Origin: Lytechinus pictus
Taxonomy: Eukaryota
NCBI RefSeq assembly: GCF_037042905.1
Contig: NC_087245.1
Span: forward strand, 13,766,001-13,830,000
DNA length: 64,000 nt
Direction: 5' to 3'
Shown here: piece by piece, positions 63,356 through 64,000 of the stretch
Numbering within the stretch: the first letter of the stretch is position 1
How the letters are laid out: the number at the start of each line of letters is the position of its first letter
The notes under the pieces: model-generated
Seen by the model: only the letters and a program-made list of their open reading frames with translations
What the model was told of the DNA's origin: nothing
The model's database searches: none
Translations under genes and position numbers: made by a program

Positions 63356-64000
63356 GTTTGAAAAAAGAAATGTATTACTTCTTAATTTATGATATTGTAT
63401 GAAAATGACAATTATCCAATATATTCTCCAGGGATGGTACTTATTATTTTTTCTTCTATTTTTTGCTTCAGAATGATTTTTTTAAAATTTACATAAGGGC
63501 CCACAACACATGATTTTCCTTCTTCTTTTTTGTAAATATAAGTGGCAATTCCAGTATTTTTCACTCAAGCAAAAAGAAGGGAAACCTCTTCATTATATTT
63601 TATGTAAAAAATGTATTCATTTATAAAAAGAAATAATACATCATAACTTGATTTAGACTTTGCAAAGGTTTAAGGTTCTAATTTCCTTCACATACAAACA
63701 AATAAGTAGAATATGAAGTAGGTCAATATTTTGAACATATGAGACAGAATGATATACAAATATACCAGGCTTTAAGTAAGTACAGCAGGAATTATTTGCT
63801 CGAGGTTGGACTGATGTTACTATTTTTCCTGAGCCCAGAGGGAAATATAATTATTTTGCCAGTACAACCGAGGATGAATAATTCCCTCTATACTTTCAAA
63901 ATAAAGACCTGGTATAATTTGTTTTATATCCTACCTATCCTAATAAATTAGAAAAATAGAGCTTGATAATCTAGTTCTTGTAGGCCTACTCGTAGTTCAT

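Overview
AT-rich eukaryotic genomic DNA from an invertebrate deuterostome. The repeat landscape looks sea-urchin-like, but that is my inference and is not proven. There are two protein-coding genes, both on the + strand. (1) An 11-finger C2H2 zinc-finger gene whose whole CDS is one exon (15852-17615), with a probable non-coding first exon near 9.3 kb. (2) The first 28 coding exons (29104-63355; 3750 nt, 1250 aa, reading frame continuous across all junctions) of a mitochondrial CPS1-lineage carbamoyl-phosphate synthetase. It keeps the glutaminase Cys-His-Glu triad, so it is CPS III type, and it runs off the window end. The CPS introns carry two paralogous C/D-box snoRNAs whose guide matches 18S rRNA, plus further C/D and H/ACA candidates. 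One CPS intron has a GC donor followed by a tandem array built from copies of that exon end and donor. Introns and intergenic DNA are full of non-autonomous transposons: TTAA-flanked piggyBac- and Kolobok-like MITEs, Tc1-like MITEs, hAT-like elements with 6-, 7- and 8-bp TSDs, a fold-back element, a solo LTR, tRNA-derived SINEs, and an unexplained nested direct-repeat structure at 9.8-13.6 kb. The first ~5 kb has no coding signal and may be the 3' UTR of an upstream gene.
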